DNA of 64,000 nucleotides from Pseudomonadota bacterium. Its GTDB lineage: Bacteria; Pseudomonadota; Alphaproteobacteria; Caulobacterales; Hyphomonadaceae. Positions 20,116 to 28,702 of the stretch are shown here, piece by piece. The stretch lies in assembly GCA_039026555.1 (NCBI GenBank), contig JBCCMB010000001.1, forward strand, positions 5,631 to 69,630, in the 5' to 3' direction. Both the position numbers and the translations under genes were made by a program. Under the pieces are notes generated by a model. It was not told the DNA's origin, did not search any database, and saw only the letters and a list, made by a program, of their open reading frames with translations. Each line of letters starts with the position of its first letter. The first letter of the stretch is position 1.

Positions 20116-20617
20116 GGCGGAAATATAAGAAAAACAAGGCCTTTGGCCGATCGGCTCGTGCCTTTGAAGAGTCTCGATTTTGTTCGTGGGTCCAATGTGG
20201 GTCCAAACTGAACGCCGTTGTCGGTGTTGGGGGGAGATTCGCGATCACAATTTCGTATCTGTTGTCCACTCGCCAACCTGCCCCGCCGGAGGATAGAGTT
20301 TTTCGGCTCTTTCACATTAACTGGCTGGCTGCGCCGGGAGGTTAGGCGACCAACCTGAAGAAAAACGTCGAATATGCAATTGGCTAGGTCGGCAGGTCCG
20401 CAATAGGACGCAGAAGCGTCGTGTGAGAGCCAAACTCCCGTCTCCTGTTTCGATCGTCCCCGGATTCACCCGACCTCACGCTTGACGCTAAGCCAGCCGC
20501 GCCGGGCCGCAACCCCCGCTGCGCGCCTGCGGTAAAGGGGTTGCGCCCCGCCACGCCCGTCTCCTGCGGCGCGTATCGGCACGGATATCCCGCGCCGATC
20601 GACATAGGAGAAGACCA

Positions 20618-21145
20618 ATGACAGCAACATCCCAATCCGATGCAGCAGAAATTCGCATCTACGTCGCCTGCCTGGCCAGCTACAATAACGCCATGCTTCA
20701 CGGCGCGTGGATCAGTGCAAACCAAGACGAGGCGAACATCCTCGCGGCCATCCGAGCAATGCTCGCCAATTCGCCGATCCCTGACGCAGAGGAATACGCG
20801 ATCCATGATTACGAAGGCTTTGGCCCGCTGAGAATCGGCGAGTATCAGGGTGTCGCCGAAATCGCTGACATCGCCGCATTCATCGCCCAAAAGGGCGATC
20901 TCGCCGCTGAACTTGTCTTTCACTACGGCGATGTCGGGGCCGCACGCGATGCGTTGGAAAACCGATATGCCGGGTCGTACGAAGACCTTGAAGCGTTCGC
21001 GCAGGAATTGACCGAGCAGACAACGCAGATCCCTGAGCCGCTGCAATACTATATCGACTGGCGCGCCATGGCGCGCGATCTCGCAATCAGCGATGCCGAG
21101 ACCTTCGAAATCGCCGGCGAGGTCCATGTGTTTTGGCATCGGTGA
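20618..21145 (+). CDS. ardA: ArdA-like antirestriction protein
   Basis: IRIYVACLASYNNAMLHGAWI followed by an acidic C-terminal half, with AGGAGA upstream of the ATG. This is a typical leading-region gene of ICEs. Confidence 0.65.
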   Translation: MTATSQSDAAEIRIYVACLASYNNAMLHGAWISANQDEANILAAIRAMLANSPIPDAEEYAIHDYEGFGPLRIGEYQGVAEIADIAAFIAQKGDLAAELVFHYGDVGAARDALENRYAGSYEDLEAFAQELTEQTTQIPEPLQYYIDWRAMARDLAISDAETFEIAGEVHVFWHR

Positions 21146-21230
21146 CGGCAGTTACGACGTCGGAGTCAACGACGTAGTCCTCGAAGCCGAAGATGTCGGC
21201 GTTATCTAAAAAAACTGCCAAGCAGCTTCC

Positions 21231-22136
21231 TTGAGCGTATCGCTCTGCTTTCGCCGGCGCGGATTTTGCGTGGAGCCCAAGTGTTTGAAGCGCCGTCTTA
21301 AAGGCGCCGCTTCGTTTGGGGTTGGGGCGATAAACGTGATGCTGACGAGATCGCCGTTTCCGGCGATGCCGAACGCGGCTTGGGCCTGGGAGGGTCTTCG
21401 GCGCAACAACACCTACCGATCGGACTGGCGAGCCGCCTGCGAGCGCGCGCCTAAAGCCGAAACTCTGACGACCGGAGCGCGCCTTCTTCGTCAGGACGGC
21501 CCAGCGCCCCATCCGGAAGAATGGGGCCTTCTCTGTTTTGCAGACCCCGACAAATCCGCCGTCGATGCAGATGTCTTTTGGCGGCCCGATCTGCTCGCCG
21601 GAGCCTTGCAGGTCAGCTTGTCGCCCGTTTCGGATGAGGGCTTCGCAGACGAGGGTGAAATCGTGTTGTCCCGCCTGCAGACGCGGCGAACCTTGCTGAT
21701 GGTCGGAGACGATCTTCTTCATATCCGTCTTGCCGGCCGTCGGTTTTGGATTCAGCTTTTCGCAAAAACGCCGCGGCCTTTGAACGAACACACACGCGTG
21801 GGCATTCGTATCGATGGCGCGCGGTACGCCCGGCGTCGCCTTGATACGGCGACACAATTGCTGTCGCTCCATCGCGCGCAGGGCGGCAAGTTGTCGCTCA
21901 TCGGACGCCGACGGAATACCGAGCCGCTTGCAAACGCGCTGACCGCTTTCGACATTTATGCTTCTGGCGGCGGCCTTAGAGACATCGCAATCACGCTCTA
22001 TGGCGAGGATCGCGTTTCGGAAGCCTGGACAGGTCCGCGCAATTACCTCAAAGACCGAGCGCGTCGCGCACGCAACAAAGGCCGGGCCTTTGTAGACGGC
22101 GGATATCGCGACCTTCTTGCGCAACGTGCGCTCTAG
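21231..22136 (+). CDS. DUF6499/DUF2285 domain protein (FseA-like ICE regulator family)
   Basis: AWAWEGLRRNNTYRSDWRAA is the W-E-x-L-R-R-N motif of this family. Size and position in the ICE backbone fit. The start may be internal (about 21339). Confidence 0.6.
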   Translation: MSVSLCFRRRGFCVEPKCLKRRLKGAASFGVGAINVMLTRSPFPAMPNAAWAWEGLRRNNTYRSDWRAACERAPKAETLTTGARLLRQDGPAPHPEEWGLLCFADPDKSAVDADVFWRPDLLAGALQVSLSPVSDEGFADEGEIVLSRLQTRRTLLMVGDDLLHIRLAGRRFWIQLFAKTPRPLNEHTRVGIRIDGARYARRRLDTATQLLSLHRAQGGKLSLIGRRRNTEPLANALTAFDIYASGGGLRDIAITLYGEDRVSEAWTGPRNYLKDRARRARNKGRAFVDGGYRDLLAQRAL

Positions 22137-22275
22137 CCGGGTTTTTCAACCCCCAAGACGTGGCGATATGGCGACGTCGCGATTTCGCCACTCGCTAAAG
22201 CCTTGAAACCAAAGCTGAATGATCCAGCGCGGGCGCAATCGCCCGGCGCCTAATTCCAAGTGTCGGGGGGACAGT

Positions 22276-22494
22276 ATGGAGCACTTTCGGAGAAGTCCGT
22301 ATCTCACGTCGGAGGAGGCTGGCGACTATTTGCGCCTTGAGCCGCGAACACTCAAAAACATGCGTTGCTGAGGAGAGGGGCCGCGTTATCGCAAGCATGG
22401 CGGCAAAGTCATCTATCATATCGACGATCTAATCGCGTGGTCGCGCCGCCGAAGTTTCGGAACCGATCCGGGTGCGCCTAGCAATGATGGCTGA
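22276..22494 (+). pseudogene. MerR/AlpA-type HTH (excisionase-like) gene interrupted by an in-frame TGA
   Basis: Reads MEHFRRSPYLTSEEAGDYLRLEPRTLKNMRC-TGA-GEGPRYRKHGGKVIYHIDDLIAWSRRR. The stop at 22369-22371 sits where the family has Arg (CGA), and the frame is unchanged after it. Confidence 0.6.
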
Positions 22495-22936
22495 TCGCGA
22501 GCGTCGGTTCACGATCATTGTCTGCGCCTATCGGAAAAACCGTCTCAACAGACGTCTACTGTTCGGGCGGCCCGCATTCGACATACGTCGCGGCTGGCGA
22601 CGGAAATTCGTTTGTTTCGAGCCCGGCGAGATCTTCGCCTACGAAGCGTGGCGCGCTGATCGTTATGGAACCCAGGATTGGCGGCTTGTCGTCGCCCAGA
22701 CCGTTCACGCCGGACCACTCGCGCGATTGCCCGGTGTTTTCCCCGGCGCCGACCCGCTCTTATACGCCTCGGGCGTGACGCAAGTCCGGACTGCGTTGAA
22801 GGCGCTGGACCAGCTTAGACAAAGCGCAGGGGGATTAACGGCAATAACGCCCGCCTATTGGCGGCATCTCCAAAATCGCCTTCAGACGAAGCAAGAGCCG
22901 CACGACTTCACGAGACTGCAGGCCGCGGCCCGGTGA
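22472..22936 (+). CDS. DUF2840-like ICE backbone protein
   Basis: 154 aa between the HTH gene and the S26 peptidase, as in related alphaproteobacterial ICEs. The call rests on synteny and loose sequence memory only. Confidence 0.5.
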   Translation: MRLAMMADRERRFTIIVCAYRKNRLNRRLLFGRPAFDIRRGWRRKFVCFEPGEIFAYEAWRADRYGTQDWRLVVAQTVHAGPLARLPGVFPGADPLLYASGVTQVRTALKALDQLRQSAGGLTAITPAYWRHLQNRLQTKQEPHDFTRLQAAAR

Positions 22937-23697
22937 AACGGTCAAAGCGTATTCGATATGGTTTCGCGTTCGCTGCGGCGGCCGCGGTCTCCGCGGGCGC
23001 AGTCTTTCAGATCATGGCGCCCCCGGTCCCGCGTGTAATCTACAATGCGAGCGAAAGCGCTCCGCGCGGATGGTATTGGCTTAACCCCTCCGGTGAGATC
23101 GTGCCCGGCGTACGGGTCGCAGCCTTCGCGACGCCGGAGGCTCAGGCGTTGGCCGAAGCGCGCGGCTACCTCCCATCCGGCGCGCCGCTTCTCAAAACTG
23201 TTTGGGCGGTCGGTGGAGATAGGATTTGTATCGAGAACCAAACCGTTCGCGCGCCAAACCATCCCGACATCCACGCCTTAGCGCGGGACGGAGCGGGACG
23301 CGACCTGCCGCAATTGTCCCGATGTTTCGAGCTCGCCCCCAACGAGATCTTCCTTGTCTCAAACGATGTGCAGGCCTCTTTCGACAGCCGATATTTCGGT
23401 CCGGTTCACAGAGATCTCGTTTTGGGAACCGTCCGTTATCTCGGCGGCGCGAGGAAGAAGCAGAACAGCGATGGCGTTTCAGACCAGGGCGGGGCGCGGG
23501 GTTTTGGCGCGGAGGGCAAGATAAAAACGAGGAGGCCTCCTAAGGCCTTATCCCCTTGTCTGCACATCTTTTTTGGGAGGGCTCCGCATAAGGCGGGCAG
23601 GCCCGGTAGATGCGTTGTAAGCCCAACATTCGCAGGCGAAAGTGGGAGGCCTCCCAGCCCGCAAAGTCACCTGATGGTCCGGAACGTCACGCCGTGA
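22933..23697 (+). CDS. traF: S26 family signal peptidase, TraF-like
   Basis: NASESAPRGWYWL (catalytic Ser region) and SNDVQASFDSRYFGPV (S26 box E). GTG 22933 overlaps the upstream TGA. The last ~75 codons look non-homologous and may be a read-through extension. Confidence 0.65.
   Translation: MKRSKRIRYGFAFAAAAAVSAGAVFQIMAPPVPRVIYNASESAPRGWYWLNPSGEIVPGVRVAAFATPEAQALAEARGYLPSGAPLLKTVWAVGGDRICIENQTVRAPNHPDIHALARDGAGRDLPQLSRCFELAPNEIFLVSNDVQASFDSRYFGPVHRDLVLGTVRYLGGARKKQNSDGVSDQGGARGFGAEGKIKTRRPPKALSPCLHIFFGRAPHKAGRPGRCVVSPTFAGESGRPPSPQSHLMVRNVTP
23525..23660. promoter_or_regulatory. Palindrome cluster upstream of the relaxase (candidate oriT region)
   Basis: GGAGGCCTCC (23531-23540) abuts TAAGGCCTTA (23541-23550). 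GGGAGGCCTCCC lies at 23644-23655. All are within ~170 nt upstream of the relaxase start. Confidence 0.3.
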
Positions 23698-25613
23698 GCG
23701 AGGGCGATGACGGCTTCGAAATCAGGCTCGGCCGCATCCGCTCCCCCGCCGGCGTTCAGAAATCGCAGCGTTTCTTACGACAGGCCGCCCGCGGCGCAGG
23801 CCGGCTCGCCGGCGTCGGCAAGGGGCGCAATCGCCTGCCACGGTCTTCAGGGCGCGCGCTTCACTTTTATCGCCGCGTCTTGGTCAAAGCCCGTATCGTG
23901 CGCATGGTCGGGCGCGGCGCCGGCGCTCAACGGCTCCATCTCTCCTATATCGCGCGGGACGGCGCCGGACGCGATGGCGGGCGCGCCGGTCTGTTCGATG
24001 CGGCTGGCGAGGCCGACGCTAATGCGTTCTTGGACCGCGGCGCCGGCGACCGCCATCAATTCCGTTTCGTGATTTCGCCGGAGGACGCCGCCGATATGGC
24101 GGACCTTCCAGCCTTCACGCGGGACTTCGTCGCTCAGATGGAGGTTGATCTGGAGACGAGGCTCGATTGGGTCGCCGCAGATCATTACGACACCGACCAC
24201 CCCCATATTCACCTCGTGGTCGCCGGACGGCGCGAGGATGGCCGTGACCTCGTCATGCCTCGCGCCTACATCGCGCATGGCGTACGCGAACGCGCCCAAG
24301 CGCTCGTCGATCTCGAGCTTGGTCCGGTCAGTGAATTCGACGGCAAGCGCCGCCTCGCGCGCATGGTCGGTCAAGACCGCTTAACGGAGATCGATCGAAG
24401 TTTGATTCGTCGCGCGGAGGGCGGCGTTGCTGATCTGAAGGCGACTGGTCGTCCCGGCGAGCACTGGCTTAGACGTATCGAGCGCGCGCGCCTTCGAAAA
24501 CTTGAGCGCTTCGGTCTCGCCGAGGCGCTGGACAGCGATCGCTGGCGGCTTCGGACCGATACGCGCGCGACGCTCGAACGTATGGGCGCGCGCGGAGATG
24601 TCGTCAAAGCGATCAATTGCGGTCTGGCGCGCGCGGGACGGGCGCACACCGTCGACAGCGCGTCAATCTATGATGCGGCCGCTAAAGACGCCTCGGCGAT
24701 GACAGGACGGGTTGTGGCGCTCGGCGTCGCAGACGACGTCGAAGATCGCGCCTACGTCCTGATCGATCGGGAAGACGGGCGCGTCGTCTATGTCGACATT
24801 GGCGGCTCCGATCGCCTCGCTGAGGTTGAGGCGGGCTTCATCGTAACTGTGACGCCCTCGGCGGCGGAGCCGCGACTATCCGACAAAACAATCGCGCGCA
24901 TCGCCGATGAGAATAATGGCCGCTATAGCGCGCAGCTTCATCGCGCCGCCGATCCGGGCGCACGGGCGGAATTTATCAGCGCCCATGTCCGGCGCTTGGA
25001 AGCGATGCGGCGCGTCGGCTGCGCCGTCCGCAGCAGCAACGGCGAATGGACCATTCCCGGCGACTACCTCGCCCGCGCCGCCGCGATCGAACAGGCGAGG
25101 GCGGTTCGACGGCCGGTGGAGATAGACATCCGATCCAAACTCTCCCTGGGCGCCATGAAGACGGCGATCGGCGCGACCTGGTTGGACCGACATCTCAGGG
25201 ATTATGACATCGACGAATCAGCGAGGGGCTTTGGCGGCGACGTCGCAAGGGCGAGGCGGGAGCGCTTGGCGTTTCTGGAACACGGGGGATTTATTAAGCT
25301 AGGGACGAAGAGATTAGCGCCGGAAATTCTCGACGCGCTCAAAGCGCGCGATCTTGAAGAGGCTGGCGCAGACCTCTCAAAGCGCCTGCAGAAACCCTAC
25401 GTCGCCGCGCCAGACGTGGGAGAGGTTCACGGTGTTTACGCAGAGGCGATCGAACGTCCGAGCGGTCGATACGCCCTGATCGAATGGACTAAGGATTTCA
25501 CGCTGGTTCCATGGCGCGATGTGCTTGAGCGCGGTAGGGGCAAAGCGGTGTCGGGTGTCGTGCGCGGCGGAGGGATTTCTTGGAAGCTGACGAAGGGCAG
25601 AAGCGTTTCATAA
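23694..25613 (+). CDS. Conjugative relaxase/mobilisation nuclease (VirD2-like plus DUF3363-like C-terminus)
   Basis: DDGFEIRLGRIRS N-terminus. YIARDG, the Tyr-containing stretch, lies upstream of DHYDTDHPHIHLVV, the relaxase histidine triad. GTG 23694 overlaps the upstream TGA. Confidence 0.8.
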   Translation: MSEGDDGFEIRLGRIRSPAGVQKSQRFLRQAARGAGRLAGVGKGRNRLPRSSGRALHFYRRVLVKARIVRMVGRGAGAQRLHLSYIARDGAGRDGGRAGLFDAAGEADANAFLDRGAGDRHQFRFVISPEDAADMADLPAFTRDFVAQMEVDLETRLDWVAADHYDTDHPHIHLVVAGRREDGRDLVMPRAYIAHGVRERAQALVDLELGPVSEFDGKRRLARMVGQDRLTEIDRSLIRRAEGGVADLKATGRPGEHWLRRIERARLRKLERFGLAEALDSDRWRLRTDTRATLERMGARGDVVKAINCGLARAGRAHTVDSASIYDAAAKDASAMTGRVVALGVADDVEDRAYVLIDREDGRVVYVDIGGSDRLAEVEAGFIVTVTPSAAEPRLSDKTIARIADENNGRYSAQLHRAADPGARAEFISAHVRRLEAMRRVGCAVRSSNGEWTIPGDYLARAAAIEQARAVRRPVEIDIRSKLSLGAMKTAIGATWLDRHLRDYDIDESARGFGGDVARARRERLAFLEHGGFIKLGTKRLAPEILDALKARDLEEAGADLSKRLQKPYVAAPDVGEVHGVYAEAIERPSGRYALIEWTKDFTLVPWRDVLERGRGKAVSGVVRGGGISWKLTKGRSVS

Positions 25614-25953
25614 GCAAGTAGGGGAACGCAGATAAGCCTGGCTCGAGAGGGTATGTGCGGCTATCGCGTCTTTGCGCCGTCGATCTTGTCTGCATGGTTT
25701 ACTTATAGGCGCCTGCGATTTGTTTTAACTACGATGCATTTAGCCGTAACGCTCCAGCTACTATCCAAACCGCGTTGGGGCGGGCTTCAACTATGCGAAG
25801 CCCGCCGCCGTCCCGGCTCGCAGGTCCGGCAAGACGGCGGCGGGGTCTTGACGGCGCGGATCCTACTCCGCGCCCGCTCATCATGCGCGGTCCTGGACGC
25901 ACTCCGGGCGCACCCGGCGGTCCCTTAGGATCGCCGGCTCCGGCCCATTTGTG

Positions 25954-26079
25954 GAGCGTGCTGGCCACACGGAAACCGACATTGTTGTTTCGGTTCGTGG
26001 TGGTGTTCCTGTTGCGGTTCGCCGAGCGAAGGTTCTGCGGATTGTTGTTCCAGGAACCACCGCGGAGAACACGACGCGA
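25954..26079 (-). repeat. DGR template repeat (TR), 126 nt
   Basis: Collinear with the terminal 126 nt of four FGE-domain genes. It is AAY-rich (reads NNNPQNLRSANRNRNTTTNRNNN). By hand alignment, all mismatches to VR1, VR3 and VR4 lie at its adenines. The 3' end (GGCCAGCACGCTCCAC) differs from the VR ends (GGCCAGGACGCTTTRA). Confidence 0.85.
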
Positions 26080-26194
26080 GGGGACCGTGCAGGGATGACG
26101 GCCGACCGCACCGAAGCGCGGGCGTGAAGCAGGCGAAACGCGTTCGAGGCTGCAACCATCATCAATATTGAGATTGATCGGAGTCGCCCGGCAG

Positions 26195-26246
26195 AGCAAA
26201 AAAATCGAACCGGCTTCGCCGGTACAAGACGCGGGCTCTCGCCCGC
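26195..26246 (-). terminator. Post-VR1 module: GNRA-loop hairpin plus rho-independent terminator
   Basis: Coding sense: GCGGGC-GAGA-GCCCGC (26231-26246), then ACCGGCGAAGCCGGT (26209-26223) followed by TCGATTTTTTT. Confidence 0.6.
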
Positions 26247-26263
26247 GCTAAAGGAAAAAGGGG

Positions 26264-28648
26264 TCAAAGCGTCCTGGCCACACGGAAACCGACAAGGCTG
26301 CCTCGGTCCGCGGTGGTGCCCCTGAGGCGGTTCGCCGAGCGAAGGCTCTGCGGAATGTGGCTCCAGGAACCACCGCGGAGAACACGACGCGAACATTCTC
26401 CGATTGTCCAAGCAGAGCCGTTCGACGGACCCCCTGAATAACTGGCGTTCCAGCAATCTTGCGTCCATTCCCAGACATTGCCGATCATATCGTGAAGGCC
26501 AAAAGCGTTTGCCTGATATCTGCCAACCAGCGCTGTTTTTTTGCCTACGCCGTCGTCGCAAGTTGAAGTCGTCCAATTACTATCTTCTCGTTTCGCCGTG
26601 ATGTCGGCCGCATTCGAATACGCGCACCCCCCATTCCTATCGTTTCCCCAAGGATAGGCGCTCGTCGTCCCCGCACGCGCCGCATACTCCCATTCCGCCT
26701 CAGACAGAAGGCGATAGGTCTTACCCGTCTTGCGAGACAGCCAACCCGCATAGGCCTGAGCATCGTTCCAATCGACATTGATCACAGGACGCGATCCGCG
26801 ACCCCAGCCTTCATCCCCGCCTGTGCTCGCCGGCCCCGCATCATCGCACGTCCCGTCGGCGACGCATGCGCCCCATTCCGCCCAAGTCACCTCGTATTTG
26901 CCCACCGCGAACTGGTAGTCGATCCGCACAGTCCGGACCGGGCCTTCATCATCGTCGCGGCCTTCCTCCGACGACGGCGAGCCCATCACAAAACGGCCCG
27001 AGGGGATCACGACCATTTCGGGGCCTTGCCCGCCGCCCGAGAGCGCATCGCGGAACACCTGGCCGGGCGTTGAGGGGCGCTCTATCGCTTTGAGTTTCGC
27101 GCGCGCGGCGGCTGCGTTGGCGCCGGATGCGTGGGACGCTAAATACCGCTCATACCCAGCCTTGGTATCCGTGCGCTGCGCCAGCGCCCAGGCTTGCGCC
27201 TCCGCCTCCCGCGCCGCTTGCGCGCGTTGCTTCGCTGCGGCCGCCTCGGCTTCCGCTTTCAGGGCCGCCAGCCGCGTCCGCGCCCGCGCCGCATTCGGAC
27301 CGTTCGGATAGTCGGACAGGAAGCTCTCAATCGCACGGACGGTGTCGGTGCGTTCGGCGACCATCCACGCAGCGTTTTCAGAGATCTCAAATTCTCGCGC
27401 CGCGCGTTCGGCCCGGTCCGCAAACGCGGCGATGTCGTCCAACGCTCCCGTGGCCAGGTCCGGCGCCGTAAGGCCGGCGTCGCTCGCAAAGCTTGCGGCG
27501 GCGGCGATCGTGCCGCGTCCCGCTGCGCCGTCGACGCTGCTGGTGTAGAGGCCGAGACGCTTTAGCGCCGTCTGAACGCGCCGGATCGCTGACGCTCGCG
27601 CGGCGGGGGCGTCCGCAGAGGCCGCTAGCTCTTCGGTTCCGAGCGCAGTTGTTGATGTTTGCGAAGTTGACGACAGGCGATTAAGCGTTTCGAGCGCCTT
27701 GTCGATATTGTCCTTTAGCGTTTGGTCCGTCGTCTGCCGATCAAGCTGTTGCAGCAGCATCGCCGCTCTTTCCGACGACCTCGACGAGATTGGCGTATCA
27801 AGACGGCTGACGACGTTCGCCACGCCCAACTGCTCGTAGTAAACTTGGCTCTCAACACCCCATTCGACAAATTCCAGAATTGCGGATTCGTCCTCATCGC
27901 CATTGATGTTCTCGGCGATTTTTTCGCGCGCCCGCCTTCGAACAGCAGAAATATCAGACGTCAGATCAGAGATCAGCGCGGGGTCTAATCCAGCCACGGT
28001 TTCGCCGGCTGCGGTGGCTGTAGGTGCGCTCGTCGTCGTATCGCGCCAGCCGAAAGGGTCAAACGTCCAAAGGCCGCCGCCTAGACTGACCAAAAGTAGG
28101 GCGACAACAGCGGCGACAACACCGCCAGGACTCGCCTTCGTATCCGCCCCGGGACTACGACTTGGTTTGTCCGCCGGGACCTGTTGGCCGATGTTCAAGC
28201 CGCGGATCAAAACGCCGACATCATTGTCGAAACTGTCCGCGCGCAGCTTGACGCCGTGGCGCATGGAGAGTTCGCGGATGTCTTCGGGCAGCTCGTCCGC
28301 CTCCGGCACGGCGACGCCGTCCAGCAACACCGGGACGACGGGGATGTCGCGTTTCAACGCCGCCGCGATTTCCGCGCGCACGAAATCACGCGGATCGTCC
28401 AAGCGGCGCTTGCCGGTGTCGGGGTCGGCCGCGTTTAGCCAATTACGGCCGATCATGGCGAGGACCATGTCGCACTGGGCGACCGTCATATCGATCTGTT
28501 GCTTGAAGTTCAGCCCGACCGTCATGGAGTCCAGGTCGTAGAAAATGTCGACCTTGGGATCGTCGACTACCTTGGCCAACGCCTCATAAACCGACTTCGT
28601 CTGCCACTGGCTGTCGTCGCGCCTGTAAGAGATGAAGATCTTCGACAT
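26264..28648 (-). CDS. TIR - TM - PG-binding-like/helical repeats - FGE-sulfatase (C-type lectin fold) protein; DGR target 1
   Basis: Start at ATG 28648: MSKIFISYRRDDS (TIR). TM segment VVAAVVALLLVSLGGGLWTF. RRVQTALKRLGLYTSSVDGAAG is PG_binding_1-like. The C-terminal FGE domain has MVVIPSGRFVMGS, VNVDWNDAQAY, LLSEAEWEYAARAG, GLHDMIGNVWEW and RVLRGGSW. Confidence 0.85.
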   Translation of the reverse strand: MSKIFISYRRDDSQWQTKSVYEALAKVVDDPKVDIFYDLDSMTVGLNFKQQIDMTVAQCDMVLAMIGRNWLNAADPDTGKRRLDDPRDFVRAEIAAALKRDIPVVPVLLDGVAVPEADELPEDIRELSMRHGVKLRADSFDNDVGVLIRGLNIGQQVPADKPSRSPGADTKASPGGVVAAVVALLLVSLGGGLWTFDPFGWRDTTTSAPTATAAGETVAGLDPALISDLTSDISAVRRRAREKIAENINGDEDESAILEFVEWGVESQVYYEQLGVANVVSRLDTPISSRSSERAAMLLQQLDRQTTDQTLKDNIDKALETLNRLSSTSQTSTTALGTEELAASADAPAARASAIRRVQTALKRLGLYTSSVDGAAGRGTIAAAASFASDAGLTAPDLATGALDDIAAFADRAERAAREFEISENAAWMVAERTDTVRAIESFLSDYPNGPNAARARTRLAALKAEAEAAAAKQRAQAAREAEAQAWALAQRTDTKAGYERYLASHASGANAAAARAKLKAIERPSTPGQVFRDALSGGGQGPEMVVIPSGRFVMGSPSSEEGRDDDEGPVRTVRIDYQFAVGKYEVTWAEWGACVADGTCDDAGPASTGGDEGWGRGSRPVINVDWNDAQAYAGWLSRKTGKTYRLLSEAEWEYAARAGTTSAYPWGNDRNGGCAYSNAADITAKREDSNWTTSTCDDGVGKKTALVGRYQANAFGLHDMIGNVWEWTQDCWNASYSGGPSNGSAWTIGECSRRVLRGGSWSHIPQSLRSANRLRGTTADRGSLVGFRVARTL
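26267..26392 (-). repeat. DGR variable repeat VR1
   Basis: Last 42 codons of the gene. I count 15 mismatches to the TR, all at TR adenines, for example AAC AAC AAT to AGC CAC ATT. Confidence 0.85.
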
Positions 28649-28702
28649 ACGTCGTCCCCGCCGAACTCTAGAGAACACGCTAGTCCATCCATGAACGCAA
28701 TG

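Noticed and set aside
20020-20350. Possible two-piece (permuted) tmRNA gene, because of a T-arm plus CCA end next to an integrase
   Set aside because: The segment upstream of the T arm carries a CUCCAAA loop like tRNA-Trp. I could find no alanine-type G-U acceptor, no 5' acceptor piece and no plausible ANDN...-type tag reading frame downstream.
20384-22124. Long minus-strand ORFs 20384-21139 (251 aa) and 21087-22124 (345 aa)
   Set aside because: They are antisense shadow ORFs typical of high-GC DNA. Their products are Arg/Ala/Pro-rich low-complexity sequence, and they overlap the ArdA-like and DUF2285 genes, which have recognisable motifs.
25729-26199. 156-aa ORF that looks like an Asn-rich FGE-sulfatase C-terminal fragment or pseudogene
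   Set aside because: Only a 126-nt segment is homologous to the FGE genes, and it has the properties of a DGR template repeat: A-rich, with all VR mismatches at its adenines. The rest of the ORF is GC-rich noise, so I annotate it as the TR and not as a CDS.
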